A stretch of 64,000 bases of DNA, counting the filler, from Octopus bimaculoides (Eukaryota), in assembly GCF_001194135.2 (NCBI RefSeq). It is 5 parts of 5 records of this genome, joined end to end, with 100 filler letters (N's around TTAATTAATTAA, not from the genome) between each part and the next. Parts side by side here need not be neighbours in the genome. Positions count along the whole stretch, not along the records: positions 60,118 to 62,577 come from NC_068992.1; positions 62,678 to 64,000 come from NC_068986.1; 3 more parts are not named here. One strand, written 5' to 3'. Under the pieces are notes generated by a model. That model ran no database searches, was not told the origin of the DNA, and saw only the letters and a list, made by a program, of their open reading frames with translations. Shown piece by piece: positions 61,966-64,000 of the stretch. A program made the position numbers and the translations under genes. The stretch's first letter is position 1. Each line of letters opens with the position of its first letter.

Positions 61966-62558
61966 GTTACGAAGCCGTGAAGAAGAAGGAGTGGGGACCG
62001 TGGAAACCGATGTGGCTTCTGGGATTCGAACTGATTGGTAAAACAGTTGGTATTGTGGGTCTGGGCCGAATTGGTTTCGGCATCGCTCAACGCGTGAACG
62101 CATTCAAGATCGGCAAGCTAATATACTTTGATGTGAAACGCTGCACTTACGACAAAGATGTCAACGCAGAGTTTGTAACGTTTGATAAATTGTTGGCTGA
62201 GAGCGACATGATCTGTATTGCGTGCAACCTGACAAACGAAACGAAAGGCATGTTTAATACGTCCGCCTTCTCCAAGATGAAACCATCAGCATGTCTGATC
62301 AACGTGAGTCGAGGTGGCATCATCAACCATGACGACTTAAGGAAGGCACTCAACGACGAAGTAATTAGATGCGCTGCTATTGACGTTACCGAGCCGGATC
62401 CGCTTCCATCGGATCACCCACTCCACAACACCAAGAACTTAATCATCACACCTCACATAGCGAGTAGTACTTGGGAAGCTCGTAATGCCATGTCAGAAGT
62501 AGCTGCCAACAACATGATCGCTATACTCTCAGGAAAAGATCCAGCAGGAAAACTATAG
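61966..62558 (+). CDS. GRHPR: Terminal coding exon of a glyoxylate/hydroxypyruvate reductase-like D-2-hydroxyacid dehydrogenase (NAD(P)-binding domain to C-terminus)
   Basis: Intact frame ...WGPWKPMWLLG..GKTVGIVGLGRIG...INVSRGG...IDVTEPDPLP...IITPHIASST...AANN to TAG 62556-58. Polypyrimidine-rich acceptor TTGTTATAATTGTAG at 61964-65 (phase 1). The N-terminal ~130 aa were not found in readable sequence. The symbol denotes the family; orthology is unverified. Confidence 0.85.
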
Positions 62559-62714
62559 TTTAAATAGTGTATATATANNNNNNNNNNNNNNNNNNNNNNN
62601 NNNNNNNNNNNNNNNNNNNNNTTAATTAATTAANNNNNNNNNNNNNNNNNNNNNNNNNNNNNNNNNNNNNNNNNNNNTGTGTGTGTGTGTGTGTATGTAT
62701 GTATATATGATACC

Positions 62715-62865
62715 CAGCTTATATCCCCGTAAACCACAGGTTTTGTAAAAGAGACCGATAGAATAAGTACTAGGCTTACAAAGAATAAGTTTTGGGGTAG
62801 ATTTGTTCGACTAAAGGTATTGCTCAAGCATGGCCGCAGTCAAATGACTAAAACAAGTAAAAGAA
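62715..62865 (+). mobile_element. SINE family A tail
   Basis: AAAAGAGACCGATAGAATAAGTACTAGGCTTACAAAGAATAAG...CATGGCCGCAGTCAAATGACT. Confidence 0.85.
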
Positions 62866-63258
62866 TATAATACTACATATATGTATGTATACGCACACGC
62901 ATATATATGCTGATATGTGTGTGTGTGCGTATGTGTGCGGAGGTAGAGAGAGTGAGTTTGTGCGTTTGGCCGCAATCCAATGATTGAAGAAATTAACAGG
63001 TACAACATATATGCGCAAGGCTACAAGTTTTTGGCTCCGGTATGCATGTCCGGTTCAGAAGCTTGCTTTGCAAGGACCTGCTTCGGGTTCAGCCTTACTG
63101 CGTAGCACACTGGGCTTTCTACTAAAGCCCTGTGTCAACTCAATGCCACGTGAGAGAATTTATTATACGTAAACTGTGCGGAAGCCCGTTGAGTATATAT
63201 TTATGTCAATATATAGAGAGAGATAGAGAGATAGAGAGAGGGAGCGAGAGCGATTTAT

Positions 63259-63321
<63 letters not shown>

Positions 63322-63368
63322 CACATANNNNNNNNNNNNNNNNNNNNNNNNNNNNNNNNNNNNNNNNN

Positions 63369-63423
<55 letters not shown>

Positions 63424-63548
63424 GTAGGTCTGAAAGTTATTATCGCGAAATGCAGACTTTTCCATTATTTCCGAGCCTTAAACTAATACATCTGCTTTCT
63501 ATTCCCTCATCTTTTCTATTCTGTAAATTTCAACAATATTTACACACA

Positions 63549-63598
<50 letters not shown>

Positions 63599-63698
63599 TA
63601 TATTTATACATATAAATATATGTGTGTGTGTGTATATATATATGTGTTTGTGTGTGTGTGTGTATGCGTATATATATATATACATAGTCTGTCATACC

Positions 63699-63738
63699 GG
63701 CCATGACGAAGGGAAATAGCCCTGAAACTCGAGTCGCC
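63699..63738 (+). ncRNA. Minimal hammerhead ribozyme-like motif
   Basis: GGC-C(A)TGACGA-AGGG(aaatag)CCCT-GAAAC-TCGA-GTC-GCC: 3-bp stem I, palindromic ACTCGAGT, GUC site, 1-nt core insertion. Confidence 0.55.
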
Positions 63739-63765
63739 TTTATATATATATATTTATATTTATAT

Positions 63766-63985
63766 ATTTGATCCTTTATATTGAACACTCAATATTTCAT
63801 CTACATTCAATACTTTCTTTCATGGTGCCATCCATTTTTATGTTATTTTATTTTATATTGTATATTGTATATCATATTATATATTGTATATTCCATATTC
63901 TATACCCCACATTAGTTCTGCAGGAATATAAATAAAACATAAAACACAGACAGTGTTGGAACTCTTTTAAGCAAAATAATATATC
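63766..63985 (+). repeat. Dispersed repeat downstream of the hammerhead motif (copy of 43189-43401)
   Basis: Reverse-complement match to 43189-43401. Confidence 0.9.
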
Positions 63986-64000
63986 CCTCTATACACAATC

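Overview
This is AT-rich, gappy eukaryotic DNA dominated by microsatellites and transposon debris. The repeat content and tRNA-derived SINE families point to an octopod cephalopod, probably Octopus (inference). Only one host coding exon is supportable: the 3' exon of a GRHPR-like D-2-hydroxyacid dehydrogenase (61966-62558, +). The rest includes a decayed Ty3/Gypsy element, several RTE and R4/Dong non-LTR fragments, Penelope-like (GIY-YIG) fragments, a full-length DD36E Tc1-type transposon, a fold-back mariner, Helitron pieces, a hAT MITE and more than 25 SINE copies. The most notable hand-found signals are as follows. (1) A set of minimal type I hammerhead ribozyme motifs with palindromic stem III (300, 4831, 35082, 42941, 63699). 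The one just downstream of a Penelope endonuclease fragment has an A3-U8 compensatory swap of the C3-G8 core pair. (2) An RTE ORF2 ending in three in-frame C2H2 zinc fingers. (3) An RTE family with a PHD finger inside the reverse transcriptase. (4) A head-to-tail train of SINEs and several long fold-back repeats. Four 100-bp N spacers containing TTAATTAATTAA are assembly joins, so contiguity across them is not guaranteed. Coordinates were read by hand; element boundaries may be off by 10-30 bp.
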